Assembly: GCA_963802945.1 (NCBI GenBank)
Contig: CAWDKY010000034.1
Location: 70,252 to 134,251, forward strand
Origin: an uncultured delta proteobacterium
Lineage (GTDB): Bacteria; Desulfobacterota; RBG-13-43-22
Length of the DNA stretch: 64,000 nucleotides
Reading direction: 5' to 3'
In this document: one piece after another, positions 9,878 to 19,969 of the stretch
Layout: every line of letters begins with the position of its first letter
How positions within the stretch are numbered: the stretch's first letter is position 1
Made by a program: the position numbers and the translations under genes
The notes under the pieces: generated by a model
Databases searched by the model: none
What the model was told of the DNA's origin: nothing
Seen by the model: the letters and a program-made list of their open reading frames with translations, nothing else

Positions 9878-10966
9878 ATGCCGGTGAGTGATATCTACCA
9901 GGAAATAGACCGGGAACTCGGTCAAAATAAGGAAGTGATCCTGGCCACTATTGTTGCCCGGAAAGGGTCAACCCCTCGCGCTCTGGGAACCCAGTTTTTG
10001 ATTCGGCCCGACGGGTCTTTTTGGGGAACGATCGGAGGCGGAAGGGTGGAGGCCGATGTACTGGCCGAAGCCCCAAAGGTTTTCGCGGAAAAGAAAAACA
10101 GGATATTTTTTTTCCGGTTAACTAACGAGGAAGCGGCCGAGACCGGGATGATTTGCGGGGGGGAGCTTGAAATCTATCTGGAACTTTTTTCCGGACGGAA
10201 TCCTTTTCACCGGGATTTTTTTAAAAAGGTATCTGAGTTTCGGAAATTCGGCAAGCCCGGCCTGATAGTAACCCTTTTGAATGAAGGAAAATCAACAGGC
10301 CGTTCTGATGACAAATATCTTTATGTGCCGGGGGAAGAACAAGGGCTTGAAAGCGTGCCCTGGATAACCCCTATTCTGGAACATGTCCCCCGGATCCTTT
10401 CGGGCCAACAACCGGTGTTGTTGACGGCTGAGGTTCAGGGGGAAAAAAAGAAATTTTTTCTGGAACCCATAATAGCCTTGTCCCATTTATACATCTTTGG
10501 GGCCGGTCACGTTTCTCTATGTCTGTGTGCCTTGGCCAAAACGATTGGATTCCAGGTGACGGTCTTGGATGACCGGGCTGAATTTGCCGATGGCCGGCGA
10601 TTTCCTGATGCGGACGACCTTGTGGTCCGGCCGTTTGATCAGATGCTGAAGGATTTCCCGATTGACCAGAATGCCTTTGTGGTCATTGTAACCCGCGGAC
10701 ACCTGCACGACCAACAGATCCTTCAGCAGGTCCTTAAAAATCCTCCCCGTTATATCGGGATGATCGGCAGCCGGCATAAGAAAGGGATTATCTTCAAGGC
10801 CCTGCGACAGGAAGGGTTTTCTGAGGACCTCATTCAATCCATCCATACCCCTATCGGACTGGACATCGGGGCTGAAACGCCGGAGGAAATCGCCGTTTCC
10901 ATCGTGGCCGAGATCATCCAGGTCCGAGGTTCTGGAAAAACCAAAAAGAAAAAAATACCGACCTGA
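9878..10966 (+). CDS. XdhC/CoxF family molybdoenzyme maturation factor
   Basis: GSTPR, GTIGGG, MICGG, FGAGHV, VTRGH, YIGMIGS, PIGLDIGAETPEEIAVSI. Confidence 0.93.
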   Translation: MPVSDIYQEIDRELGQNKEVILATIVARKGSTPRALGTQFLIRPDGSFWGTIGGGRVEADVLAEAPKVFAEKKNRIFFFRLTNEEAAETGMICGGELEIYLELFSGRNPFHRDFFKKVSEFRKFGKPGLIVTLLNEGKSTGRSDDKYLYVPGEEQGLESVPWITPILEHVPRILSGQQPVLLTAEVQGEKKKFFLEPIIALSHLYIFGAGHVSLCLCALAKTIGFQVTVLDDRAEFADGRRFPDADDLVVRPFDQMLKDFPIDQNAFVVIVTRGHLHDQQILQQVLKNPPRYIGMIGSRHKKGIIFKALRQEGFSEDLIQSIHTPIGLDIGAETPEEIAVSIVAEIIQVRGSGKTKKKKIPT

Positions 10967-11021
10967 TCCCTCGACGCTAGGATCATCTTTTAAAAGCTAA
11001 CTCAATTCAAGGGAGAACATT

Positions 11022-12959
11022 ATGAATTCATTAAGTCATATTCTGTCACCCATTACCATTAAATCCTTGACCTTGACCAATCGGGTAGTGATGCCCCCTA
11101 TGGGGACCAACCTGGGCCATGACGATGGAACAGTCAGCGCTGAGAACCTGGCCTACTTGAAGCGTAGGGCCAAAGGCCAGCCGGGGTTGATCATCACGGA
11201 AATAACCGCGGCCCATCCTGATGGGATCGTCAACCCGAATCAACTGGGCGCTTACGACGACCGGTTCATTCCGGGCCTTTCCAAGCTGGTTGCCATAGCC
11301 CACGAAGCGGGGACCAAGATCGCCATGCAGATCCATCATGTGGGCCGGGAAAGCATCTTTCTTTTGAATCAGGGAAAGGCTTTGGGGCCGTCGGCGGTTC
11401 CGAGTATCGTATATCGAAGGACCCCCAGGGAAATGACCCTGGAAGAAATTCATGACGTGATCGCCGGTTTTGGGGGTGCGGCAGACCGGGCCCAAGAGGC
11501 AGGCTTCGATGCGGTGGAACTCCACGCCGCCCACGGTTATCTTCTGATGCAATTCTTATCCGCCATATCGAATCGGCGGACGGATGCCTACGGAGGGGCA
11601 ACCTTAAAAGAGCGGTCACAGTTTTTGATCGAGACCATTCAGGAAGTCCGCCGCCGGGTGGGCCAGGCATTCCCTATTTCAGTTCGGGTTTCCGCAGAAG
11701 AGCACATCCGTGGAGGCTACACGGTCGAAGATATGCAGACCATCGTACCGGATATGGTTAAGGCCGGCGCAGATCTGATCCACGCCTCCATCGGCACTCA
11801 CGGGAGCCCGGGGGCCATAACCCAGGCCACGGCCGAGTACGAACCGGGATTCAATGCCACGCTGGCCCGAAAAATCAAGGAGGTCGTGACGGTACCGGTC
11901 ATTGCCGTGGGACGGTTCAGTGATCCGGCTCTGGCCGACGAAGTGATCGGTTGCGGCGATGCCGACCTGGCGGCCTTCGGCCGTCAATTTCTCGCCGACC
12001 CTGATTTCCTGATCAAGGCCAAGTCTGGAAGATCGGCCGATATCAGAAAGTGCATCGCCTGCAATCAGGGATGCATAGAGCGTGAGATGCTCCTTGAAGG
12101 AAATATACGCTGTTCGATAAATCCCGAGACCGGTCAGGAGACGATTTACCCGGAAGGTCCGGCAGCAAAATCTAAAGACGTTTGGGTCGTAGGATCAGGC
12201 CCCGGAGGTCTGACCGCGGCTTATGAGGCGGCCCGGCTTGGGCATCGGGTGACCGTTTTCGAACAGGAGAAGGAGCTGGGTGGTCAGATCCGTTACGCCC
12301 GGATACCTCCGCACAAAGAAATATACGGCCAATGGATCGATTGGCAGATCGATCAGGTAAGAAAGGCCGGGGTTATGATCAAAAGCAGTACCGCAGTAAC
12401 CGAGGCCATGCTTAAAGAACAACGGCCCGAATATGTTATTTTGGCTGCGGGCGGCCAAAAAATCATCCCTGTGATTCCCGGAATGGATAAGAGTCACGTT
12501 TGCGATGCTTGGCAGATACTGAACGGTTCAGTGAAACCGGAGAAGAATGTGTTGGTTGTGGGCGGAGGACTCATTGGGATGGAAACGGCCGATTTTTTAA
12601 GTGAGAAGGGAAGCCAGGTGACTCTGGTTGAGATCCTGGAACGATCGCCGGTTCGAAAGATTACCTCTCACGGATTCATGGTACATCAGCGTCTTCAGGA
12701 CAAGAACTGCCGTCTGATATTCAGTACGGCCTTAACGGACATCGGTGACGGGAAGGTAGAGATCGAAACCAAAGGGGAAAAATCGACGCTGTCTCCTGTC
12801 GATCAAGTGGTCTTCGCCGTGGGGTTGAAGCCCAGAGACGAATTAAAAGGGATTCTTGAGGCCCTGAAGATCCCCTTTGCAGTGGTCGGCGACGCCCGCC
12901 AACCCCGGCGGATCTTCGAGGCCGTGGAAGAAGGGGCACGGGCCGCCTGGGAATTGTAG
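11022..12959 (+). CDS. Old-yellow-enzyme family NADH:flavin oxidoreductase (FMN + 4Fe-4S + FAD; FadH/BaiH-like)
   Basis: NRVVMPPM, ELHAAHGYL, NRRTDAYGG, CIACNQGC...C, GSGPGG and GGGLIG Rossmann motifs. Confidence 0.92.
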   Translation: MNSLSHILSPITIKSLTLTNRVVMPPMGTNLGHDDGTVSAENLAYLKRRAKGQPGLIITEITAAHPDGIVNPNQLGAYDDRFIPGLSKLVAIAHEAGTKIAMQIHHVGRESIFLLNQGKALGPSAVPSIVYRRTPREMTLEEIHDVIAGFGGAADRAQEAGFDAVELHAAHGYLLMQFLSAISNRRTDAYGGATLKERSQFLIETIQEVRRRVGQAFPISVRVSAEEHIRGGYTVEDMQTIVPDMVKAGADLIHASIGTHGSPGAITQATAEYEPGFNATLARKIKEVVTVPVIAVGRFSDPALADEVIGCGDADLAAFGRQFLADPDFLIKAKSGRSADIRKCIACNQGCIEREMLLEGNIRCSINPETGQETIYPEGPAAKSKDVWVVGSGPGGLTAAYEAARLGHRVTVFEQEKELGGQIRYARIPPHKEIYGQWIDWQIDQVRKAGVMIKSSTAVTEAMLKEQRPEYVILAAGGQKIIPVIPGMDKSHVCDAWQILNGSVKPEKNVLVVGGGLIGMETADFLSEKGSQVTLVEILERSPVRKITSHGFMVHQRLQDKNCRLIFSTALTDIGDGKVEIETKGEKSTLSPVDQVVFAVGLKPRDELKGILEALKIPFAVVGDARQPRRIFEAVEEGARAAWEL

Positions 12960-12971
12960 AACCTTATCAAA

Positions 12972-13075
12972 AAATTCGAATATTGAATTTTGAAAATCGA
13001 ATTTCGAATCATAAAGGGAGGTCGATTTAATTTCCTTCGATATTCAGTATTCGTTATTCGACATTCGACATTTTT
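12972..13075. repeat. Heptamer-based inverted-repeat element, (CGAATAT-like)n...(ATTCGAC-like)n
   Basis: ttcgaatattgaattttgaaaatcgaatttcgaa ... ttcgatattcagtattcgttattcgacattcgaca. Confidence 0.75.
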
Positions 13076-13138
13076 TGCTTCATGTCCCAGCCTGCTGGCG
13101 GACATGAGACTTTAGAGAAGATTAGTAAAGAAACGATA

Positions 13139-14422
13139 ATGTCCATCCCCGCTTTGGTCAAGGTGCTCTGTATCTTCGGTTTGGTTCTCGTTCTTAACCG
13201 AGTACGCCTTGGTTTGAGTCTCTGTCTCTTCATCGGTTCTCTGGTGCTTGGTTTCTGGATGCAAATGGGTCCCGCTGATGTGGTTTGGAGCGCCCTTCAA
13301 AGTCTCTGGCACATCCAGACGATCAGCCTGATCCTGATTGTCGGATCTATCCTAATTATCAGCCGCCTGATGAAAGAAAGCGGTCATCTGGCCCGGATCG
13401 TGGAAGGCTTTGCCCGGATTTCTGGGGATGATCGTACCGCAAGTTTGGTGTTGCCGGCCTTGATCGGGCTATTGCCCATGCCCGGCGGCGCGCTTTTCTC
13501 TGCACCCATGGTTGAAACCTCCCTTGGCCGATACCCTTTAACCAGCGAACATCAAACAGTGGTCAATTATTGGTTCCGGCATATCTGGGAATACTGGTGG
13601 CCGCTCTATCCAGGGGTGGTGCTGGCGGTGGCCTTACTGAAAGTGGAGATGTGGCGTTTTATTGCCATCATGGTGCCTATGACCATTGTGATGGTCTTGG
13701 CCGGCGTGATCTTCATTCTAAGACCCATCAGACGGGAGTCCGTTTCTCGGAAGAAGGTCGTCTCTTCTTCAGGGCTGAAAAGTTTTTTGTGGGAGATCAT
13801 GCCCATCCTCATTGTTGTTATGGTCATTATCCTCCTGGCGGGTCTGACTAGTTTTTTGAATTTGTCCGGGATCAAAATTAATCTACCGGGGGCCGTTTCT
13901 ATACTTCCTGGTCTTTTGGCCTCTGCCATCTGGGTCTGTGTAGTCAACCGTATTTCTTTCAAGCAATTTACGGCAGCGATCTTTGATCGGAACATCCTTT
14001 TCATTATATTTTTAGTGGCAGCCATTATGATTTTCCAGGGGATTATGAAAGACAGTCGGGCCGTGGTCGATATTCGAAACGAACTTATGGCTTATAAGAT
14101 TCCCATTTTGCTGGTTGTCGTTATCATGCCTTTTCTCTCTGGACTCATTACGGGACTTTCCATCGGCTTTGTGGGGACCTCTTTCCCTCTGATCATTCCC
14201 CTGTTTCCTGTTTCTCCTCTTTTTAATTTTCTCTCCTATGGCGCACTGGCCTATGTTTTTGGCTTTGTGGGAATGATGCTCTCTCCGGTCCACCTTTGTT
14301 TCCTGGTCACCAAAGACTATTTTAAGGCCAACCTCCTGGGCAGCTATCGCCTCATCATTTACCCCACGATGAGTGTTTTATTAACGGCCGTTGTTTTCTT
14401 TGTAATTTCCAGAGTGTTCTAA
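13139..14422 (+). CDS. DUF401-type integral membrane protein (ion-transporter superfamily-like)
   Basis: Many TM segments; PALIGLLPMPGGALFSAP, NYWFRHIWEYWWPLYPG, MLSPVHLC. Start at MSIPAL is inferred. Confidence 0.8.
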   Translation: MSIPALVKVLCIFGLVLVLNRVRLGLSLCLFIGSLVLGFWMQMGPADVVWSALQSLWHIQTISLILIVGSILIISRLMKESGHLARIVEGFARISGDDRTASLVLPALIGLLPMPGGALFSAPMVETSLGRYPLTSEHQTVVNYWFRHIWEYWWPLYPGVVLAVALLKVEMWRFIAIMVPMTIVMVLAGVIFILRPIRRESVSRKKVVSSSGLKSFLWEIMPILIVVMVIILLAGLTSFLNLSGIKINLPGAVSILPGLLASAIWVCVVNRISFKQFTAAIFDRNILFIIFLVAAIMIFQGIMKDSRAVVDIRNELMAYKIPILLVVVIMPFLSGLITGLSIGFVGTSFPLIIPLFPVSPLFNFLSYGALAYVFGFVGMMLSPVHLCFLVTKDYFKANLLGSYRLIIYPTMSVLLTAVVFFVISRVF

Positions 14423-14459
14423 AGACTCCCAAGGCTGTATAATGTTGTCAAAAAAAGTA

Positions 14460-14488
14460 TTGACACTGATTTTTCGTTCTGATATAAT
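14460..14488 (+). promoter_or_regulatory. Consensus sigma70 promoter of the trp operon
   Basis: TTGACA (14460-14465), 17-nt spacer, TATAAT (14483-14488). Confidence 0.9.
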
Positions 14489-14518
14489 TCTTCTTAAATT
14501 TTTTCAGGAATCCGAATT

Positions 14519-14593
14519 ATGAATCAAAATTTAACAAGTAACAAAAATTGGTGGTGGTGGCAGGATTCAAGGGAGGGGTTCGTCCACCGCTAA
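14519..14593 (+). CDS. trpL: trp attenuator leader peptide MNQNLTSNKNWWWWQDSREGFVHR
   Basis: 24-codon ORF with four consecutive TGG codons, between the promoter and the terminators upstream of trpE(G). Confidence 0.93.
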   Translation: MNQNLTSNKNWWWWQDSREGFVHR

Positions 14594-14611
14594 CCTGATA
14601 CGATAAACAAT

Positions 14612-14650
14612 AAGCCGTGGAGAATCCTTTCGGGTATCCACGGCTTTTTT
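14612..14650 (+). terminator. Attenuator terminator T1
   Basis: AAGCCGTGGA...TCCACGGCTT hairpin followed by a U-tract. Confidence 0.88.
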
Positions 14651-14662
14651 ATTGGTACTGCT

Positions 14663-14698
14663 AAAAAGGCCGTGAAGAAAAAATCACGGCCTTTTTTT
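14663..14698 (+). terminator. Second tandem terminator T2
   Basis: AAAAAGGCCGTGA-agaaaaaa-TCACGGCCTTTTTTT. Confidence 0.85.
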
Positions 14699-14725
14699 GT
14701 GTGGAAGCGGCCATGGGTTGCCTTT

Positions 14726-14758
14726 TGGACAACATCAAAAATAAGACCCCATAAGACC
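14726..14758. repeat. Isolated copy of the MITE-like terminal repeat found at 20152-20185
   Basis: TGGACAACATCAAAAATAAGACCCCATAAGACC versus TGGACAACTTCAAAAAACAAGACCCCTTAAGACC. Confidence 0.65.
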
Positions 14759-14812
14759 AACAGCCTATGATCGATAGAAAAATATCAAATTGTTTTGGTT
14801 AGGAGCTTGATA

Positions 14813-16951
14813 ATGGATGATTACTATGTAACTGGCACAGGGATAAAGGTGTTGCGAAGGATTGAGTCCTTAGACTATGAAACCGCGCTTAAGATTCCCC
14901 TGGCGGATATCAATCATTCCAAGGGCGCTGTTTTTGCCAGCGGCTATGAATATCCCGGAAGATACAGCCGCTGGGATATCGCCTTTTTAAACCCTCCGCT
15001 GCAGATGATCTGTTACGGCAGGGATTTTGTAATAGACGCCTTGAATGATCGGGGGAAAATCCTTTTGGATTTCCTTTTCGGACCATTATCCCAAAATCCC
15101 CATATAGCCAAGATAGAAAGGTCCGAGTCGGGGATAAAGGGATCCATTGCCCCCATAACCGGTTATTTCCCGGAAGAGGAGCGCAGCAAACAGCCCAGTT
15201 TTTTTTCCATTATCCGCACAATCATTAAGCTGTTCGGTTCTGATGCGGATCCCCATCTCGGTTTATACGGGGCCTTTGGTTATGATCTGGCCTTTCAGTT
15301 TGAACCGATCCGGTTGAAACATAAACGCCCGGCCCTTTATAAAGAGGCGCATCTTTTCCTGCCCGATGAACTGATTCTGGTCGATCATCGCAAAGAGGTG
15401 GCCCAAAGAAGGCGGTATGATTTTATTTCTAACGGGCAGGATACATTGGGGTTGGAACGGAAGGGAGAGAGGATAGAGATTAAACGCGGCAGGCCTGGTG
15501 AAATCAAGGTGGATCATAAGCCAGGAGAGTATGCCGATAAGGTCCGTCAGGTCCAGGAGGGTTGCCGGAAGGGTGATTTTTTCGAGGTCGTTCCCAGTCA
15601 GCTTTTTTATACCGGCTATGCCGGTACACCGGGGGAACTGTTTGACATTGTCCTCAAGATCAACCCAAGCCCTTATGAGTTTTTAATCAATCTGGGAGAC
15701 GAACAGCTGGTCGGTTCCTCACCGGAAATGTTTGTGCGCGTGGATGGCGCATTTGTGGAAACCTGCCCCATCTCCGGGACGATCAGCCGGGGAAGGGACG
15801 CCATGGAAGATTCGGACCAGATCCGCACCCTGCTCAATTCCATAAAAGACGAATCTGAGCTGACCATGGTAACGGATGTGGACCGCAATGATAAATCACG
15901 CATCTGTAAACCCGGGACCGTGCAATTAAGAGGCCGCCGCCTGATTGAAACCTATTCCCGCTTGTTTCATACGGTCGATCATGTGACCGGCACCTTACGG
16001 GAAGACTGCGATTCCCTGGATGCCTTCCTGTCCCATATGTGGGCGGTCACCCTGACCGGCGCTCCCAAAAGGGCTGCCATGCAGCGGATTGAAGACCTGG
16101 AAAATTCACCGCGACAGTGGTATGGCGGCGCCGTAGGGTTTATCAGCTTTAACGGCAATCTGAATACCGGCATTACCATCCGCACCATCCATCTGAAGGA
16201 CGGAGTGGCCGGGGTAAGGGTCGGCGCGACCCTGTTAGTAGACTCGGACCCGGATGATGAAGAAAAAGAGACCCGCCTTAAGGCTTCCGCTTTTATCGAC
16301 GCTGTTTTAGGAAAAAGACCGCCGGAGCGTGCACAGTACGTCCCGCCTCGTCCCAAGGGAAGGCCGCCCAAAATTCTTTTTGTGGATCACCAGGATTCCT
16401 TTGTGCATACCCTGGCCAATTACGTCCGTCAGACCCAGGCCCAGGTTATTACTTTGCGGGCCGGTTTCCCTTTGGCAGTCCTGGAGAAAGAGAAGTGGGA
16501 TATGATTTTTCTCTCTCCCGGTCCGGGACGTCCATCCGATTTCGGGGTGGCGGCTCTGGTCAAGGCCTGTGTGGAACGCAACCTGCCGGTATTTGGAGTG
16601 TGTTTAGGTCTGCAAGGGATGGTCGAGGCCTTTGAAGGAAAACTCAGCCTTCTGGATTATCCGATGCACGGAAAACCCTCGATTATCAGGAATAATCAGA
16701 AAGGGATTTTTGAAGGATTCCCGGAGACCTTTAAGGCCGGCCGATATCACTCCATCTATGCGGAGATGGAAGCCCTGCCTTCGTGTTTTGAAAGGACAGC
16801 CATAAGCGATGACCAGGTTGTTATGGGGATTGCCCATAAAGAGCTGCCGATGGCGGCCGTGCAATTTCATCCGGAATCCATCCTGACACTCAAGGACGAT
16901 ATGGGTTTAAAACTGCTGACCAATGTGGTGCGTTTGTTGGGGAAAAAATAG
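14813..16951 (+). CDS. trpE: Fused anthranilate synthase TrpE(G) (component I plus glutamine amidotransferase)
   Basis: ASGYEYPGRYSRWD, NPSPY, ETCPISGT, WAVTLTGAPK, then DHQDSFVHTLANY, SPGPG, GVCLG, QFHPES in one ORF. RBS AGGAG precedes ATG 14813. Confidence 0.95.
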   Translation: MDDYYVTGTGIKVLRRIESLDYETALKIPLADINHSKGAVFASGYEYPGRYSRWDIAFLNPPLQMICYGRDFVIDALNDRGKILLDFLFGPLSQNPHIAKIERSESGIKGSIAPITGYFPEEERSKQPSFFSIIRTIIKLFGSDADPHLGLYGAFGYDLAFQFEPIRLKHKRPALYKEAHLFLPDELILVDHRKEVAQRRRYDFISNGQDTLGLERKGERIEIKRGRPGEIKVDHKPGEYADKVRQVQEGCRKGDFFEVVPSQLFYTGYAGTPGELFDIVLKINPSPYEFLINLGDEQLVGSSPEMFVRVDGAFVETCPISGTISRGRDAMEDSDQIRTLLNSIKDESELTMVTDVDRNDKSRICKPGTVQLRGRRLIETYSRLFHTVDHVTGTLREDCDSLDAFLSHMWAVTLTGAPKRAAMQRIEDLENSPRQWYGGAVGFISFNGNLNTGITIRTIHLKDGVAGVRVGATLLVDSDPDDEEKETRLKASAFIDAVLGKRPPERAQYVPPRPKGRPPKILFVDHQDSFVHTLANYVRQTQAQVITLRAGFPLAVLEKEKWDMIFLSPGPGRPSDFGVAALVKACVERNLPVFGVCLGLQGMVEAFEGKLSLLDYPMHGKPSIIRNNQKGIFEGFPETFKAGRYHSIYAEMEALPSCFERTAISDDQVVMGIAHKELPMAAVQFHPESILTLKDDMGLKLLTNVVRLLGKK

Positions 16952-17015
16952 GTTCAAGGTTTAAGGTGTAAGGTACAAGGGAAAACTGTAAACCTTAAAC
17001 CCTGAACCTTGAACC
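16951..17015. repeat. Heptamer-based inverted-repeat element, (GGTTCAA)n...(TTGAACC)n
   Basis: ggttcaaggtttaaggtgtaaggtacaagg ... aaccttaaaccctgaaccttgaacc. Confidence 0.78.
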
Positions 17016-17047
17016 GGCATTTATATTTTAAACAGGGAGGAAGGAAA

Positions 17048-18109
17048 ATGATTCAGGGAGCGATTGGGAAGGTCGTAAACGGAGAGGACCTGAGCCAGGC
17101 GGAGATGGAAGCAGTCATGAATGAGATCATGAGCGGGGATGCCACCCCTGCCCAGATTGGGGCCTTTATCACGGCCCTCAGGATGAAAGGGGAAACGGTT
17201 GATGAAATCGTCGGCGCAGCTCGGGTCATGCGGGAGAAGGCCACCAAGATCAAAGTAATCGATACCTCATTGAGCCTTGACCGTGACGATATCAATATTG
17301 ATGCCGAGACGATTCTGGACACTTGCGGGACCGGGGGAGACAGTACCAACACTTTTAACGTTTCAACCGCTACCGCCCTGGTGGCCGCCGGAGGGGGTGT
17401 CAAGGTAGCCAAACACGGCAATCGGGCCGTTTCCAGTAAATGTGGAAGCGCGGATGTTTTGGAAAACCTGGGTGTCAAACTCGACATCAGCCCTTTGCAG
17501 GTTGAAAGATGTATTCGTGAGATTGGTATAGGGTTTTTATTTGCCCCTTTATTTCATGGGGCCATGAAATATGCCGCCGGACCCAGAAAAGAGATAGGCT
17601 TGAGGACCATATTCAATGTCCTTGGGCCTTTGACCAACCCTGCCGGAGCAACAGCCCAGGTCCTTGGAGTCTATTCCCCCGAATTAACAGAAAAGCTGGC
17701 CCAGGTCCTTGGTAAATTGGGTTCAAAAGAGGCCTTTGTGGTTTGCGGGGAAGGGACCTTCGATGAGATCAGCATCTGCAGCCCGACCCGAATTGCTCAT
17801 CTCAAGGGCGGAGAGGTTAAAAGTTATCAAATTACACCCGAGGAGTATGGTTTTCAAAGGGCCACCCTGGATTCCATCAAAGGCGGAGACGCCTTGGAAA
17901 ACGCCCGCATCATTCGAGATATCCTGGACGGCCAGGAGGGGGCCAGAAGGGATATGGTCCTGTTGAATACGTCCGCCGCCTTTGTGGCCGCCGGACTCGA
18001 TCAGGACCTGAAGGCCGGCATCCAACGTGCCGGAAAAGTGATTGATTCGGGCAAGGCCAAACATAAGCTTGAACAGTTGATTGCATTTACCAATAGCGTT
18101 AGGGTGTAA
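17048..18109 (+). CDS. trpD: Anthranilate phosphoribosyltransferase
   Basis: [40 protein letters not shown]. Confidence 0.97.
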   Translation: MIQGAIGKVVNGEDLSQAEMEAVMNEIMSGDATPAQIGAFITALRMKGETVDEIVGAARVMREKATKIKVIDTSLSLDRDDINIDAETILDTCGTGGDSTNTFNVSTATALVAAGGGVKVAKHGNRAVSSKCGSADVLENLGVKLDISPLQVERCIREIGIGFLFAPLFHGAMKYAAGPRKEIGLRTIFNVLGPLTNPAGATAQVLGVYSPELTEKLAQVLGKLGSKEAFVVCGEGTFDEISICSPTRIAHLKGGEVKSYQITPEEYGFQRATLDSIKGGDALENARIIRDILDGQEGARRDMVLLNTSAAFVAAGLDQDLKAGIQRAGKVIDSGKAKHKLEQLIAFTNSVRV

Positions 18110-18148
18110 CATGGAAATAACCACGAATAAAGTTTTTGGGTTTTTTGC

Positions 18149-18250
18149 CGTCTTGCCGGACCTCGTATCAAGTACGGGGCAGGCCCGATCCGGCATCCAG
18201 GACTTTTGATGCTTTTATAAACCTGGATTCCGGCTTTCGCCGGAATGACA
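18149..18250. repeat. REP-like palindromic element (GTC..GCCGG...ATCCAG / CTGGATTCCGGCTTTCGCCGGAATGAC)
   Basis: Nested hairpins, with terminal complementarity between gtcttgccgga...ccggcatccagg and cctggattccggctttcgccggaatgac. Confidence 0.7.
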
Positions 18251-18344
18251 ATCCAATCCCAATTTCCCTTGAATCCTTTTATAATTCAGGGTGATTGCTT
18301 TTGTTATGCTGGCAAAAAATAAATAAAAAATTTTGGTGATATTT

Positions 18345-19124
18345 ATGCATTCACGACTAATAGAGATACTTGAAACGAAAAAACAGGAAGTGGCTCAACT
18401 AAAGAAAAAGGGGATATCCCTCACCGGTCAACGAAGCATCCCTGGGATTCGTGATTTTAAATCCGCCATATCTCAACCGGGCGGGATCAATCTGATCGCT
18501 GAGATTAAGTTTGCCTCTCCTTCCGCCGGGACAATTCGGGAAAAGACAGACCCGGTAAAGATCGGCCGGATTTATGAGCGGGCCGGTGCGGCCGCTATCT
18601 CTTTATTGACGGATCAAAAATTTTTTCAAGGCCATCTGGAATATCTGCCCAAGGTGAAGCAGGCTGTATGCTCTGCCTGTCCTGCAGAAGGATTTCATCA
18701 TCGATGAGATACAGATCCGTGAGGCCCTGGCCTGGGGAGCCGATGCCATTTTGTTGATCGTCAGAATACTTTCCAAGACGCAATTAAAGGAGTTGCTCCA
18801 TGTCTGTCATGAAAACGGCCTGGCTGCGCTGGTCGAAGTCCATGACCGGAAGGACCTTGAAAAGGCCATTGATTCCAGGGCGGAAATTATCGGTATAAAC
18901 AACCGGGACCTGGACACCTTTGAGATCAACCTTCAGACTACCCATGAGCTGGCCGGACAGGTTCCAAAAGGCCCTATCATCGTTGCTGAGAGCGGTATCA
19001 ACAATAAAAAGGACATTGAAGGCCTGAAAGGATCAAAGGTTAATGCCGTCCTGGTCGGTTCGTCCTTGATGACAGTGAGGATATGGAGTCAAAGACCCGA
19101 GAGATGGCCGAAGCAGGAAGATGA
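18345..19124 (+). CDS. trpC: Indole-3-glycerol-phosphate synthase, split by two apparent 1-nt indels (about 18670 and 19071)
   Basis: IAEIKFASPS and ISLLTD in frame 1; LPVLQKDFII, GADAILL, LVEVH, GINNRDL, AESGI, LVGSSLM in the next frame; the tail SEDMESKTREMAEAGR* after another shift. Confidence 0.9.
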
Positions 19125-19170
19125 GAATTGTTAATCCACTTCGGATAAATCGGTTCCAGTTTAGTGATGA

Positions 19171-19264
19171 AATACGAATATTGAATTTCGAACATTGAAT
19201 TTCGAATCAAGAAGTAAAGGAGCTTTACCTCCTTCGACATTCATCATTCATTATTCGATATTTC
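19171..19264. repeat. Heptamer-based inverted-repeat element (same type as 12972)
   Basis: cgaatattgaatttcgaacattgaatttcgaa ... ttcgacattcatcattcattattcgata. Confidence 0.75.
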
Positions 19265-19312
19265 CACGCCTCGTGGTGACCACTGGGGTGTGAAGATTTA
19301 GAGAGAGGGGAT

Positions 19313-19927
19313 ATGATCAGGGTAAAAATTTGCGGCATAACAAATTTGGAAGATGCCCTGCTGGTAACAGAAATGGGAGCCGATGCCCTCGGATTTATTT
19401 TCGCCGAAAGCCCCAGACAGATCACGCCGGCAAAGGCCAAAGCCATAATCCGTATTTTGCCGCCATTGGTTAAGACCATCGGGGTCTTCGTTAATGAAGA
19501 ACCAGCGAGGATCAAAGAGATTAAATCGGTTTGCGGTCTTGATCTTATTCAACTGCATGGGGAGGAATCACCGAAAATATGCCGGGACCTGATGCCTCAT
19601 GCTATCAAGGCCTTTCGTATTCAAAACGAATGGGATATAGAAAAGATTAAAAGATACCAAGGAGTCGTAAGGGCCATACTCCTGGATACTTTTCTGAAGG
19701 GGAAAGCCGGGGGAACGGGTCAGACCTTCGACTGGTCTTTGGCCGTAAAGGCCAAGGAAACAGGCCTCCCTATTATCCTGTCAGGAGGATTAGGGCCTGA
19801 AAATATTCAAGAGGCTATTAAAGCAGTCGATCCTTATGCTGTGGATATCAACAGCGGCATAGAGAAACGACCCGGGAAGAAAGATCCGGTGTTGATGAAG
19901 CACTTGATGGAGAATATAAAAAAATAG
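19313..19927 (+). CDS. trpF: Phosphoribosylanthranilate isomerase
   Basis: VKICGIT, GFIFAESPR, QLHGEE, GGTGQTFDW, SGGLGPEN, DINSGIE. Confidence 0.96.
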   Translation: MIRVKICGITNLEDALLVTEMGADALGFIFAESPRQITPAKAKAIIRILPPLVKTIGVFVNEEPARIKEIKSVCGLDLIQLHGEESPKICRDLMPHAIKAFRIQNEWDIEKIKRYQGVVRAILLDTFLKGKAGGTGQTFDWSLAVKAKETGLPIILSGGLGPENIQEAIKAVDPYAVDINSGIEKRPGKKDPVLMKHLMENIKK

Positions 19928-19969
19928 TATCAACGATATTAAAGTGTTGTTTAATCAAAAAGGGGTGGT

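Noticed and set aside
12972-19264. Short repeats as a CRISPR array
   Set aside because: No constant 25-45 bp repeat with unique spacers and no cas genes.
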